Below are positions 50,133 to 60,309 of a stretch of DNA of 64,000 nt, piece after piece. This DNA comes from Oscillospiraceae bacterium. GTDB lineage: Bacteria > Bacillota > Clostridia > Oscillospirales > SIG530. The DNA is taken from assembly GCA_015067075.1 (NCBI GenBank), contig SVND01000004.1, positions 2 to 64,001 on the forward strand, given 5' to 3'. The notes below the pieces were generated by a model that ran no database searches, was not told where the DNA came from, and saw nothing but the letters and a program-made list of their open reading frames with translations. The first letter of the stretch is position 1. Each line of letters begins with the position of its first letter. The translations under genes and the position numbers were made by a program.

Positions 50133-50567
50133 TTACTCGTGATCGTGAGCGTGGCAGCATTCGCAGTTGCCTGTGCAGCCGATGATCGGTTCAGGATCTA
50201 TGCCCTGACGGCGATAATAGTCAGCCAAAGCAGATTTAATAGCTTCTTCAGCCAAAACGGAGCAATGGATCTTTGCCGGCGGAAGTCCTTCAAGAGCTTC
50301 AACAACAGCCGTATTGGTAAGCTTAAGCGCTTCCTCAATGCTCTTACCCTTTACAAGCTCCGTCGCCATAGACGATGTAGCTATCGCCGCACCGCAACCA
50401 AAGGTCTTGAACTTAACGTCAACGATAATATCGTTTTCTATTTTAAGGTACATTTTCATTATATCTCCGCACTTTGCGTTGCCGACTTCGCCGACACCGT
50501 TGGCATCAGGCATTTCACCCACGTTGCGGGGATTGGAAAAATGGTCAAAAACTTTATCCGTATACAT
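50133..50567 (-). CDS. nifU: NifU/IscU-type Fe-S cluster scaffold
   Basis: Start placed at MYTDKVFDHFSNPRN. Motifs GNAKCGD, FGCGAAIA and HCSVLAEEA. C-terminal CTGNCECCHAHDHE. Confidence 0.9.
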   Translation of the reverse strand: MYTDKVFDHFSNPRNVGEMPDANGVGEVGNAKCGDIMKMYLKIENDIIVDVKFKTFGCGAAIATSSMATELVKGKSIEEALKLTNTAVVEALEGLPPAKIHCSVLAEEAIKSALADYYRRQGIDPEPIIGCTGNCECCHAHDHE

Positions 50568-50581
50568 ATTTTTATTCTCCT

Positions 50582-51757
50582 TTATTCTTGCCATACAGGT
50601 GACATTGCTCGCAAAGCTGTGACGACCTGCGGTAATTTTTCAAGTATATAATCTACGTCCTGCTCCGTATTGAAGTGTCCCAAGGAAAGTCGGAGCGAGC
50701 CGTGAGCTACCTCGTGGGGCAAGCCAAGCGCCAAAAGCACGTGGGACGGGTCAAGAGATCCCGATGAACAGGCGCTTCCCGTAGAGGCGCAAATTCCCAT
50801 GAAATCAAGGCGCAGTATAAGCGCTTCGCCTTCAATGGCGTTTATGCAAAAGCTTGCTGTGCCGGGAAGGCGCTTTGACATATCGGTCGCGCCCGTCAAG
50901 ATGACCTTCGGCATTTTCATAACGCCTTCGATAAGCTTATCCCGCAAAGCTGCAAGGCGCACGCTTTCCGCGGGCAAACGCTCAACCGCGTCGGTCAATG
51001 CCGTTGCAAGTCCGACGATATTAGCCACACTTTCCGTGCCGCTGCGGCGTTTTTTCTCCTGACCACCGCCGTGGATCATGGGCTGTATGCGAACGCCGCG
51101 CTTTACGTAAAGTGCGCCAACGCCTTTGGGACCGTTGAATTTATGGGCAGACATGGACAGCATGTCAATACCCATTTCCACGACGTTTATGGGAATATGA
51201 CCGACAGCCTGAACTGCGTCAGTGTGGAACACAGCGCCGCCTGCATGGGCTATCGCCGCAAGCTCGGCAATAGGCTCAACCGTGCCTATTTCGTTATTCG
51301 CCGCCATGATAGTGACAAGTATGGTATCCTCGCGCATTGCGTTTTTCAGCGCTTCGGGCGAAACGAAGCCTTCGCTGTCAACGTCCAGCATCGTTACCTC
51401 AAAGCCCTCTTTTTTCAGCGCATCAAGAGTTTCAAAAACTGCATGGTGCTCTATCTTCGAGGAGATAATGTGCTTGCCTTTTTTTACGTTCGCTCTCGCA
51501 TAGCCTTTTATGGCAAGGTTGTCGCTTTCGCTTCCGCCCGACGTAAATATGATCTCATCGGCAAGAGCCGCGCCGATAGCGTCCGCCGTCATTTTGCGCG
51601 CGTTTTCAAGCACTTTTTTATTTTCACGTCCGAAAGAATAAAGGCTGGACGGATTGCCGTACTGCTCCGTAAAATAAGGGAGCATTCTTTCCAGACAATG
51701 CTGTGAAACAGCCGTCGTCGCCGCATTGTCTGCGTATACTTTTCGTATGTTTTCCAT
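50582..51757 (-). CDS. nifS: cysteine desulfurase NifS
   Basis: 391 aa. PLP lysine in SAHKFNGPKG, active-site Cys in STGSACSSG. Confidence 0.92.
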   Translation of the reverse strand: MENIRKVYADNAATTAVSQHCLERMLPYFTEQYGNPSSLYSFGRENKKVLENARKMTADAIGAALADEIIFTSGGSESDNLAIKGYARANVKKGKHIISSKIEHHAVFETLDALKKEGFEVTMLDVDSEGFVSPEALKNAMREDTILVTIMAANNEIGTVEPIAELAAIAHAGGAVFHTDAVQAVGHIPINVVEMGIDMLSMSAHKFNGPKGVGALYVKRGVRIQPMIHGGGQEKKRRSGTESVANIVGLATALTDAVERLPAESVRLAALRDKLIEGVMKMPKVILTGATDMSKRLPGTASFCINAIEGEALILRLDFMGICASTGSACSSGSLDPSHVLLALGLPHEVAHGSLRLSLGHFNTEQDVDYILEKLPQVVTALRAMSPVWQE

Positions 51758-51777
51758 GGTATAACTTCCTTATATGT

Positions 51778-52875
51778 TTAATCGATTTTTGTTATATAAT
51801 AATCTCCCGTGCCGAGTCCTTCGTCTTCGAGATGCTTTATCTGAACGAAGGGGTCTTTTCCGTGAAGCTGTTCAAAAAGGTGTCCCTTGCCCGAAAGCTG
51901 AGTACCTGCAGGTAAGCCCTGAGGAATAAGGTCCTCTATCTTTATGGCGTCAAGCGTTGCCTTTTCGATAGCCGCAATGTCACGGCTCGCCATGATACCG
52001 ATATCAGGTACAAGGGCAGGTGTGGTCATGCCCCAGCAGTCGCACACGGCAGTTATTTGCGTTAAAAGGTTGATAAAGAATATATTTTGCGGTTCAAAGG
52101 TGTCAAGCACAGTTTTCGTGCAGATAGCCATGCCCTTTTGGAAATCGGAAAATCTTCCGTCCGTCATTTTTATGGCATTTGTCGGGCATACCTTGACACA
52201 ATGCTGACAAACGGTACAGTTATGGTAATTTATCTGATACACACCGTTTTCATCAAAGCTGTTGGCACCGTGATTGCAGTTAGTTATGCACTCGCCGCAA
52301 TGCAAGCACGCATCGGCGTTCCATTCAAGACCGCCTTCAAGGGAATGTATTTGATGGCGTGTTCTGTCAGTTACACAACCCATAGCTATGTTCTTGCACG
52401 CGCCGCCCATACCGCAGGAGCCGTGTCCCTTTACGTGGGAAAAGTCGATAAGAAAATCGGCGTCATGGATAAGACCTGCTATGTCTACGTGGTGGAAGCT
52501 TTTGTAGTCAACTTCCTTCGTGTAAAAATACTTTCCGAAATAGCCGCAATCGTCAAGCACGGGCGCGCCCAGATTTTCCGCAGTATATCCGCGATGCTCG
52601 GGATGGCGCGATGCAACGTAATGGTCGGTGAAAAAGCATTCGCCGCCGCTTTCATGGACAAATCTCGCCAATATTCTTAAAAATACGGGCGGTATCGTGC
52701 TGAATGTCAGCCCTGCACCAACGTGTATTTTTATTGCGACTTTTTTACCCTTTAAGTTTTCCGCAATACCGCTTGCCTTCAGCATTCGCTCGAATTTTGC
52801 GGGCAAGGTCTCGTCGGGATTATATTTCGAAAACGCCATTGATGAAAAAAACACTTCGGAGCTCATAATAAGCAT
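51778..52875 (-). CDS. DUF362-domain protein with an inserted 2x[4Fe-4S] ferredoxin module
   Basis: 365 aa. Motifs CLHCGECITNC and CTVCQHCVKVCP. Confidence 0.75.
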   Translation of the reverse strand: MLIMSSEVFFSSMAFSKYNPDETLPAKFERMLKASGIAENLKGKKVAIKIHVGAGLTFSTIPPVFLRILARFVHESGGECFFTDHYVASRHPEHRGYTAENLGAPVLDDCGYFGKYFYTKEVDYKSFHHVDIAGLIHDADFLIDFSHVKGHGSCGMGGACKNIAMGCVTDRTRHQIHSLEGGLEWNADACLHCGECITNCNHGANSFDENGVYQINYHNCTVCQHCVKVCPTNAIKMTDGRFSDFQKGMAICTKTVLDTFEPQNIFFINLLTQITAVCDCWGMTTPALVPDIGIMASRDIAAIEKATLDAIKIEDLIPQGLPAGTQLSGKGHLFEQLHGKDPFVQIKHLEDEGLGTGDYYITKID

Positions 52876-52890
52876 TTCCTTTCTCTTTCG

Positions 52891-54246
52891 TTATATATTA
52901 CAAAGATTGATTATTGCCTGCGCATATATTTTTGCGGACATCATAAGCTCGTCCACGCCGATGGACTCATCAGTCGTATGAATGCACGCATCAGGTGAAT
53001 CAGGGAACGTGGGTCCGAATGCCACTCCGAAGGGAAGCGTTCTTGCAAAGGTTGCGCCGCCCATTGAGAAGCATTTGCCTTCCTTGCCGCTGACGCTCGT
53101 ATACGCATCGAGCAAGCACTTTATAAAAGGCTCATCCTCGCTTATATAAAGGGGCTTTTGGTGGTTTTTGATAGTCACCTCGTAATCCCCTGCCGCTTGC
53201 ATTATGCTATCAATAAGCTTCTCGCCGTCCATAGTGACCGGATAACGGATATCAACAGCCGCTTTAATTCCGTTTTCATCCATAGTCAGCATGTCCATCG
53301 ACGCTGTAAGAGCACCCGACTGCTTATCCTCGCACTTAATGCCAAGACCAATTCCGTCACTCGTGCCCAAAACCTGCAAAAGCTTTTTGCTTTCCTCGGT
53401 AATTTCGCCGCAGTCAAGGCTTTTACACAGCTTGAGCGCGTCGACGATAGCGTTTTTGCCAAGATGAGGTAAGCTTCCGTGTGCCGCTTTGCCTAAAACG
53501 CAAAAAGCACCGTTTTCATATCTTCCCTCAACTCCAGCTTCCTTCGCAGTCGCTGAAAGGTCGCCCGCTCCGCTTATTTTGCAAAGCTCGGGAATTATAT
53601 TAACTCGCTCGCCGCCATTTACCGTGACACCGCCGAAGCTTACGTTTTTCTTTTCAAGCACTAAATGGATAAGTCCCTTTTCCGCGTTACATACGGGGAA
53701 ATCGGCATCGGGAGAAAAGCCCATCTTCGGCATCTTAGCATGCTTTACGTAATAAGCCATATCGCCCCAGCCTGACTCCTCGTCACAACCAAGTATAAGC
53801 CTAATACTCTTATTTGTCAAGTGAAAATCTTGTTCTTGTTTAGCAAAACTCTGCACTGCCGCTATGGCATACAGCGCCGCAACGGCAGGTCCTTTATCGT
53901 CGGTCGTTCCTCTGCCGTATATTCTGCCCCCGCGTATATCTGCCTTATACGGCGGTGTCGTCCAGCCGTCGCCTGCAGGAACTACGTCAAGATGGCACAA
54001 AAGTCCGATGTCAGGCTCGTCAGTTTTCTTCGTTTCAACGTAGCCTGCGTAATTTTCAAGATTTTCCGTAAAAAGTCCAAGCTTTTTTGCATGGTCAAGG
54101 AAAAGTTCCAGTACCTTCTTGTTTTCTTCTCCAAAGGGGGCACTATCGCTCGCCGCTCCCTTTTCAGACGGTATTTCAACAAGGCGGGACAGAAATTCTA
54201 TCATTTCTTCCTTTTTACCGTCGATATATTCATTTATTATGTTCAT
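52891..54246 (-). CDS. M20-family dipeptidase (PepV/Sapep-like)
   Basis: 451 aa. Motifs HLDVVPAG, GRGTTDDKGP, GCDEESG. Confidence 0.85.
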   Translation of the reverse strand: MNIINEYIDGKKEEMIEFLSRLVEIPSEKGAASDSAPFGEENKKVLELFLDHAKKLGLFTENLENYAGYVETKKTDEPDIGLLCHLDVVPAGDGWTTPPYKADIRGGRIYGRGTTDDKGPAVAALYAIAAVQSFAKQEQDFHLTNKSIRLILGCDEESGWGDMAYYVKHAKMPKMGFSPDADFPVCNAEKGLIHLVLEKKNVSFGGVTVNGGERVNIIPELCKISGAGDLSATAKEAGVEGRYENGAFCVLGKAAHGSLPHLGKNAIVDALKLCKSLDCGEITEESKKLLQVLGTSDGIGLGIKCEDKQSGALTASMDMLTMDENGIKAAVDIRYPVTMDGEKLIDSIMQAAGDYEVTIKNHQKPLYISEDEPFIKCLLDAYTSVSGKEGKCFSMGGATFARTLPFGVAFGPTFPDSPDACIHTTDESIGVDELMMSAKIYAQAIINLCNI

Positions 54247-54406
54247 TTTGACGCGTTTCCTTTCATTTTATCTAACTTTTTTCAAAAAAGCTCTTGTATA
54301 TTTTCCAAAAATGTTGTATCATATATATAATGCACTTGCTTGGATGTTATTCAGCAAGTAATCTACATCATAAAACTTGTGCTTTGCACAGAATGGAGTT
54401 ATTTTT

Positions 54407-54778
54407 ATGTTTTCCAAAATTCTCGACCTTTTTAAAGGAAACAAAACTGCTTCCGGCGACATCATGGAGAAAATCAAGAAGCTCGCTGAAAACAGAGACG
54501 AGGCTAAGCTTCTCAAGCTTTCCAAGAATGAAGATCCTGACATCCGCGCCGCTGTTGTAAAGGCTCTTCGCCACGTTCGTACCGATGCTTGCTACAACCG
54601 CGTTATCGAAGCTCTCAAGGATGAGATCCCTGCAGTCCGCATTGCCGCTTCTGAAGTTCTCGGTGAGATGGGTATCCCCAAGTCCAACGACGCTCTTCGC
54701 TATGCTCTTGCTAAGGAAAAGGATCCCGAAGCATTGGCAGCAATCAAGAAGGCTCTTCTTGACATAAAAGAGTTTTAA
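54407..54778 (+). CDS. HEAT-repeat protein
   Basis: Repeats D.RAAVVKALRHV and IPAVRIAASEVLGEMG. Start placed at MFSKILDLF. Confidence 0.65.
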   Translation: MFSKILDLFKGNKTASGDIMEKIKKLAENRDEAKLLKLSKNEDPDIRAAVVKALRHVRTDACYNRVIEALKDEIPAVRIAASEVLGEMGIPKSNDALRYALAKEKDPEALAAIKKALLDIKEF

Positions 54779-54794
54779 TTTTCCCTTACATCTT

Positions 54795-54824
54795 ACAGCG
54801 CCTTTTCAAGGGCGCTGTTTTTCT
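54795..54824 (+). terminator. intrinsic terminator
   Basis: ACAGCGCC, 8-nt loop, GGCGCTGT, then TTTTT. Confidence 0.7.
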
Positions 54825-55664
54825 TTACGCTTTTTCCGTAAAGCCCTCGCCAAGCACCTGAGACGCGTCAGTAAATATCACAAACGCATCCCCGTCTATT
54901 TCACTGACGATGGAGCGAAGCTTGTATATCTGATGCGGTCTTACAGCGCAAAGCAAAACCGTTTTTTCCTCGCCTGAATATCCGCCGATGCTTTTCAGCA
55001 TAGTAACGCCGCGCTCAAGCTCCGTCATAACAGCTTTCGCTATGCTATTAGCCCTACGGGAAAACACGAAGGCTACCTTTCCCGTATTCATTCCCGTAAG
55101 CGCTGTGTCCACAGCTTTGGTCGATACGAAAACGGCTATAGCGGCGTAAAAAACGGTTGTTATATTTTGAAATATCAACGCCGCTGTCAATATTATTGCA
55201 ACGTCAATGGCGAAAAGAAGCGTTCCGTAGGATATATGGGGCGCTCTTTTTTGTATGAGCTTTGCGATTATATCAATACCACCTGTGCTTGCGCCGCGCA
55301 TATAGGTAAGAGACAGTCCTACGCCCATAAGTACGCCGCCGAACAGCGCCGCAATGAGCGGATCGCCCGTTATACACGGTAAAAAGCTCATAGCATCTAT
55401 TGACAGCGAAAGTGATGCAGTTGCTATCAGCGTTTTTACCACAAAATCGCCGCCTATATACCGCATTGCGAAAAAAAGCAAGGGCAAGTTCAGGCAAAGT
55501 GATATAATACCCGTCGGTATTTTCAATATATAATTCAGCGCCAAGGACAATCCCGATATACCGCCCGGTGCGATCTGATTGTCGCTCAAAAACAAATTGA
55601 ACGCAATTCCGTAGAGCATCCCACCTAAGATCATTATGAGTATATCCGTCGTCCTTTTTTTCAT
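54825..55664 (-). CDS. YitT-family membrane protein (with C-terminal DUF2179)
   Basis: Start placed at MKKRTTDILIMILGG. Motif APGGISGLS, soluble C-terminal domain. Confidence 0.8.
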   Translation of the reverse strand: MKKRTTDILIMILGGMLYGIAFNLFLSDNQIAPGGISGLSLALNYILKIPTGIISLCLNLPLLFFAMRYIGGDFVVKTLIATASLSLSIDAMSFLPCITGDPLIAALFGGVLMGVGLSLTYMRGASTGGIDIIAKLIQKRAPHISYGTLLFAIDVAIILTAALIFQNITTVFYAAIAVFVSTKAVDTALTGMNTGKVAFVFSRRANSIAKAVMTELERGVTMLKSIGGYSGEEKTVLLCAVRPHQIYKLRSIVSEIDGDAFVIFTDASQVLGEGFTEKA

Positions 55665-55668
55665 ATGG

Positions 55669-56070
55669 CTATTCTCCGTCTTTCTTTTCTTCGATATGTG
55701 ACAGTATCTGTTCAAAGAGAGTATGTATACGCTGATGCTGACCTGTCAAATGGAGATAGCCGAAAACAGCCTCAAGCCCTGTAGCCGTTTTGTATACGCC
55801 GATCTCCGTGCTTTTCGGCACAGATTGCGGCTTTGAGTTTTTTGCCCTGCGGAATATATCAGCCTCTTCCTTTGTAAGCTCCACATATTCCACGGCCTTC
55901 GCCTGAGCATTCGCCGTAACAAAACGGCGTGCCTGCGCGTTGAGCTTATTCGGTCGGAAATTTTTATCCGCCATCAGATGCTCGCGCACCAAAAGCTCAT
56001 ATACCGCATCACCGAGGTATGCCAAGGAAAGCATACCTCGCTGTGACGCGTCCAATTTACTGATTTCCAT
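55669..56070 (-). CDS. mrnC: mini-ribonuclease 3
   Basis: 133 aa. Motif LAYLGDAVYELLVREHL. Confidence 0.88.
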   Translation of the reverse strand: MEISKLDASQRGMLSLAYLGDAVYELLVREHLMADKNFRPNKLNAQARRFVTANAQAKAVEYVELTKEEADIFRRAKNSKPQSVPKSTEIGVYKTATGLEAVFGYLHLTGQHQRIHTLFEQILSHIEEKKDGE

Positions 56071-56114
56071 TGTTTTATCCTTTATTGTACCCTATTATAT
56101 AGAGATAATTCCTG

Positions 56115-57803
56115 TTATCTGAGCTCCGTCAGCATTACAAAGGAATAAGCAGGGATCTCGATATATACAGAGCCGTCCTTTTCATATGCACGAGCCGATG
56201 CCTCGATCACCTTATCGCTTTCCGTTACCGTAGAACGCGAATAAAGGTGTACGTTCATTTTAAGCTCGTCGGCGTTTACATTGTCGATGCGAATGGATCT
56301 TGCATTAGCTCTGTCGGAATTGACCACAACGTATGACCATTCGCCGTTTTCCGTGCGATATGCCGTTGCGCATACGTCGTCGCTGTCGCTGACCATGGGA
56401 AATACGTCGGAGCCCGGGCGTGTATACTTCATAATAAGTCCCCAAGAATGGTAAAACGGTCTTACAGCCCAGCCCTTGTCTACATATTGGAAAAGTCCCA
56501 AGGACATTACAGCTTCATCTCTGTCGCCGCTATAATAATACATATCGAAATATTCCCAATGGAGCATTCCGTTTGAGCCTGCGTTCATAAATGCATTGCT
56601 GAGTCTTGCATAGTATACGCCGCGCTCATATTGGTCGATATCGCCCTGATGATATGCGCCGAGAAGCTTATTTCCGCCGAACTCGTTATGGGTATACGGC
56701 ACTTTCGATGCAAAGGCATCCACGATCTCGTTGTTTGCAGCAGCCCAATTATACATTTCCTTATAGGAGTTTTCATCGCCGAAAACATAGCAATGGGAGT
56801 TAAAGCCGTCTGCGATTTCATAAAGCTCGATTACGCTCTTGGTAAGCCAATCTTTATTGAACGTGTCGTCGGAAAGAACAAGCTTTACCTTATCGCGCAA
56901 GCCTTCATTTATAAGGCGCTCATTAAGATTTTTGCAGACCTTAACGTAATATGAAAAATCGACTTTATTTCCCGTCGATTTGAACGCCCAATCAGGCTCG
57001 TTATGCACCGTTATCTCCTTAATGCAGGTCAAGCCCTTTTCGTCAAACAGATACTTCAAAAGCGCACACACGTTTTCCGCATACTCGTCGGGATCGTTAG
57101 GTGCAGTTATCCAATCGTTTACTCCGTTAAACGCCATCCACGAAGTCGTTTCGTAATCAGCGCCCCAGAAGGTAAGGTTTACGTCAATACCAAGCTGCTC
57201 TGCAACGAGAAGCTCGCGGTAAATGCTGTTGAAATGCTCGCTCTCAAACGCAAACGCGTCAAAATCAGTTACAAACGGGTCGTCATTATCGTTTTTCGGC
57301 TCGTACCAGCCTGGCAAAGTCATAATGCGTATCTTTTGGATACCGAGCTCACGGGCTCTTTCGGCAATAAGCGCCCAATCCTTTTCTCCGACTGTCGATA
57401 CGTTAAAATCGTCGTCCATGCTCAAAAGATTGTAGCTTCGCCAAAAATGCGGATCCCATTCAACGCCAAAGGCATCAAGTCCAAGCTCGTTTTTCGTTTC
57501 GGAAACTGTAAGCACCGTATCAGCCTTAAAGCCGTTTATATAATCATTTTTCTCCTGCTCCGTATACTCGGGAAATTCCGTCGGCATGGGTGTGGGCGTG
57601 CCTATTGTCCAATAAGGCACTTCCGTCGGTGTCGGCTTTTCCGTAGGTGTGGGTTTTTCCGTAGGCGTAGGCGACGAAGGCTCTTGCGTTTCCGCTACGG
57701 TCGGTGTCGGTATCACATCGTCAGCTTGTTCGTTTCCGCAAGCGGCAAACGCTAACATCGCTATGGCTATAACGGCAATCAAAATCGAAATCTTTCTTTT
57801 CAT
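56115..57803 (-). CDS. lipoprotein, putative clan GH-A glycoside hydrolase with a C-terminal beta-sandwich
   Basis: 562 aa. Lipobox LAFAAC, P/T linker, TIM-barrel-like core with VHNEPDW (the NEP acid/base motif). Confidence 0.55.
   Translation of the reverse strand: MKRKISILIAVIAIAMLAFAACGNEQADDVIPTPTVAETQEPSSPTPTEKPTPTEKPTPTEVPYWTIGTPTPMPTEFPEYTEQEKNDYINGFKADTVLTVSETKNELGLDAFGVEWDPHFWRSYNLLSMDDDFNVSTVGEKDWALIAERARELGIQKIRIMTLPGWYEPKNDNDDPFVTDFDAFAFESEHFNSIYRELLVAEQLGIDVNLTFWGADYETTSWMAFNGVNDWITAPNDPDEYAENVCALLKYLFDEKGLTCIKEITVHNEPDWAFKSTGNKVDFSYYVKVCKNLNERLINEGLRDKVKLVLSDDTFNKDWLTKSVIELYEIADGFNSHCYVFGDENSYKEMYNWAAANNEIVDAFASKVPYTHNEFGGNKLLGAYHQGDIDQYERGVYYARLSNAFMNAGSNGMLHWEYFDMYYYSGDRDEAVMSLGLFQYVDKGWAVRPFYHSWGLIMKYTRPGSDVFPMVSDSDDVCATAYRTENGEWSYVVVNSDRANARSIRIDNVNADELKMNVHLYSRSTVTESDKVIEASARAYEKDGSVYIEIPAYSFVMLTELR
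57628..57674 (-). repeat. 18-bp tandem repeat (about 2.6 units) encoding the PTPTEK linker
   Basis: GGTGTCGGCTTTTCCGTA / GGTGTGGGTTTTTCCGTA / GGCGTAGGCGA, which encodes PTPTEKPTPTEKPTPTE. Confidence 0.8.
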
Positions 57804-57816
57804 TTTTTATCTTCCT

Positions 57817-58425
57817 TTATTTATTCTTGTTTTCCCATGTAAGGATATATCGGTAATATAGTCCGTATTTAAGCCTCGCCTTCGGAATAACTGCCGAAAC
57901 AATTTTTCTTATTTTTGACATTTTTAAAACCGTATAAGATGTTGGAATATTAAGTTTTTCAGAACTTTGCATTCTATGAAATGCCGAGCCTATCTTGCAC
58001 GGTATTATGCGAAGCGCTTCAACCATCCAGTCGACAAGGCTTGAAGGTGCGGCAATTCCTACTATCACGAGCTTGCCATTTTCACGCAAAAGTGCTTTTG
58101 CTTTTACAATAGCCTTTTCCATATCCATATGGTGAATGGATGCGACAAAAACAACTGCATCAAAGAGCCTTCCTTTTGCATCAAACTTTTCAAAAGAACA
58201 GTTAACGTATTTGATCTTTTCCGTTTCGCCGGTAAGTTCCTGCGCTTTAGTTATACATTCATCGGATATGTCCAATCCAATAACATATCTTTCCTTATCA
58301 GATAAAAACCTCGCAAGCTCGCCGTCTCCACAGCCAATATCAAGTACATCCGCCTTATCCCCAATACTTTTTTCTACATAGGGATAGTACACGGAGTTAT
58401 GATTCCAAAATCTTATACGATCCAT
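57817..58425 (-). CDS. class I SAM-dependent methyltransferase
   Basis: 202 aa. Motif I is VLDIGCGDGELA. Confidence 0.85.
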   Translation of the reverse strand: MDRIRFWNHNSVYYPYVEKSIGDKADVLDIGCGDGELARFLSDKERYVIGLDISDECITKAQELTGETEKIKYVNCSFEKFDAKGRLFDAVVFVASIHHMDMEKAIVKAKALLRENGKLVIVGIAAPSSLVDWMVEALRIIPCKIGSAFHRMQSSEKLNIPTSYTVLKMSKIRKIVSAVIPKARLKYGLYYRYILTWENKNK

Positions 58426-58430
58426 CTATT

Positions 58431-59171
58431 TTATTTATTCTTTGGTGCGATAGGTGCAACGGGAGGGGGGCAGTTAAGGGGCTGTTGAGGCTTAGTACCT
58501 GCGTTTGCCCATCTTACGGCGTTCGTTATAACCTTGCGAACGTCGGGGTTATTATAGGAGGGATATGTTTCATGGCCCGGCTGGAAGTAGAATATTCTGC
58601 CGTTGCCGCGGAAATACGTAAGACCGCTTCGCATTACCTCGCCGCCCTCAAACCAGCTGATGAATACGATTTCATCGGGACGCGGAAACTGCAACGGCTC
58701 GCCGTACATTTCTTCCTTTTCAAGCTCGATATATCTGCCGAGACCTGCGGCGATGGGATGGTTAGGCTCAACGACCCAGACAAGTGAACGGTCGTCAGAC
58801 TCACGCCATGTAATTCCCCATGCGCGCGTGCCGAGAAGCTTTGCAAATATCTTTGAGCCGTGAGCAGAGTGAAGGGCGATAAGTCCCATACCGTCCTGTA
58901 CGCGGTCGTAGACCTTCTGCACTCTGTCGTCATTTACAAGAGCATGGCCCATATGTCCCCACCAAATAAGAACGTCTGTGTTATCAAGGATCTCATCGGA
59001 AAGTCCCTGATCGGGATCGTCCAGCGTGCAGGCACGAACCTCCATATCCTCATTTTCATCTAAAAATCCCTTTATCGTTCCGTGAATTCCGTTGGGATAC
59101 AGCGCCAAAACTCTGGGGTCTGTTTTTTCATGCATATTTTCATGCCAAACTGTTACTCTTATCTTGCTCAT
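58431..59171 (-). CDS. ThuA-domain protein
   Basis: 246 aa. Motifs IRVTVWHEN, VLIWWGHMGH, LHSAH. Confidence 0.75.
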   Translation of the reverse strand: MSKIRVTVWHENMHEKTDPRVLALYPNGIHGTIKGFLDENEDMEVRACTLDDPDQGLSDEILDNTDVLIWWGHMGHALVNDDRVQKVYDRVQDGMGLIALHSAHGSKIFAKLLGTRAWGITWRESDDRSLVWVVEPNHPIAAGLGRYIELEKEEMYGEPLQFPRPDEIVFISWFEGGEVMRSGLTYFRGNGRIFYFQPGHETYPSYNNPDVRKVITNAVRWANAGTKPQQPLNCPPPVAPIAPKNK

Positions 59172-59184
59172 AATTTTATCTCCT

Positions 59185-60294
59185 TTATTTTATAAGATCT
59201 ATTGTAAAATCGCAAAGCTTCTGCGTAGCGTTGGGCTTTTTTATCGCCGCGATGCTCTGCTTCATCTGCGCCGCACGCTCCTTGCTGTGAAGCAAAAAGT
59301 ACGCCGCTTCCTCCAAGGGGAACGTCTTCGTTACGCGCATTGCACATCCCGTATTGAGCAGAAACTCTGCGTTTCGCTCCTCTTGCCCGGGAATGGGATT
59401 TATTATCAGCATCGGAAGCTCCTTTGCAAGCGCCTCCGACGTTGTAAGTCCGCCCGGCTTTGACACGATCGCATAGCACGCGCTCATTATCACGTCCATA
59501 TTAGTGCAAAAACCGTAATTATACAGCTTGTGTGTCGTTTCAAGCTCATCTATCTGCGCCTTGACTCTTTCATTTTTACCGCAAACGGTCATCATTTCAA
59601 AATCACCCTGCGCGCTGTCAAGTGCTTTTACCATTTTGTCAAGCCTTCCTATGCCGTATCCGCCGTTCATAAGCAGTATGATCGGTTTTTCCGTTTTTAT
59701 TCCCAGCTTTTCAAGGGCTGTTTCTCTGTCCATCGGCTCCGTAAATTGCGAGCGGATAGGAATTCCAAAGGATAACAGCACTTTTTCATCAAGCCCTTTT
59801 CTTCTTGCCCTGTCCTTCAAAAGCTCGTTTGCCAAAACGATATAGTCAAAGGAATGAAGGCAATCGAAAAACGGATGGATAGTATAATCCGTTATGACAC
59901 CGATACACGGCACGCTAAGCTCCTTTCGGCGCTTTAGCGCTTCAAGCATAAGTCCCACGAAAACATGAGTAGTTATTATTGCATCAGGCTTGTATTCATT
60001 TATGTATTGCAAAAGCTTTGTCGCAAAGGGTGAATTTGTTATAACAGCTATTGCGGCTTCGCCGTCCGTCTTCGGCTTTTCCTGAAGTCCGTAAACAAAG
60101 CCAAAGCCTTTACTCAGATGCTCCGACGTAATACGGTAGCCCTTTGTGACCGTTTTATCCAAAAGCGGACTGATGTACTTATACGCATCTAAAAAATCAC
60201 ATTGCACATTCTTTTTTCTGAAGCAATCCACTATGGCGTTGGCACAGGAGTTATGTCCCGCACCTGTCGACAGTGAAAGAACGAGCACCTTCAT
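59185..60294 (-). CDS. MGDG-synthase-family glycosyltransferase (diacylglycerol glycosyltransferase, UgtP-like)
   Basis: 369 aa. N-terminus VLVLSLSTGAGHNSCANAI, C-terminal GT-B motif SKPGGLTTSEALA. Confidence 0.85.
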   Translation of the reverse strand: MKVLVLSLSTGAGHNSCANAIVDCFRKKNVQCDFLDAYKYISPLLDKTVTKGYRITSEHLSKGFGFVYGLQEKPKTDGEAAIAVITNSPFATKLLQYINEYKPDAIITTHVFVGLMLEALKRRKELSVPCIGVITDYTIHPFFDCLHSFDYIVLANELLKDRARRKGLDEKVLLSFGIPIRSQFTEPMDRETALEKLGIKTEKPIILLMNGGYGIGRLDKMVKALDSAQGDFEMMTVCGKNERVKAQIDELETTHKLYNYGFCTNMDVIMSACYAIVSKPGGLTTSEALAKELPMLIINPIPGQEERNAEFLLNTGCAMRVTKTFPLEEAAYFLLHSKERAAQMKQSIAAIKKPNATQKLCDFTIDLIK

Positions 60295-60309
60295 TTTTTA
60301 CACCTACCT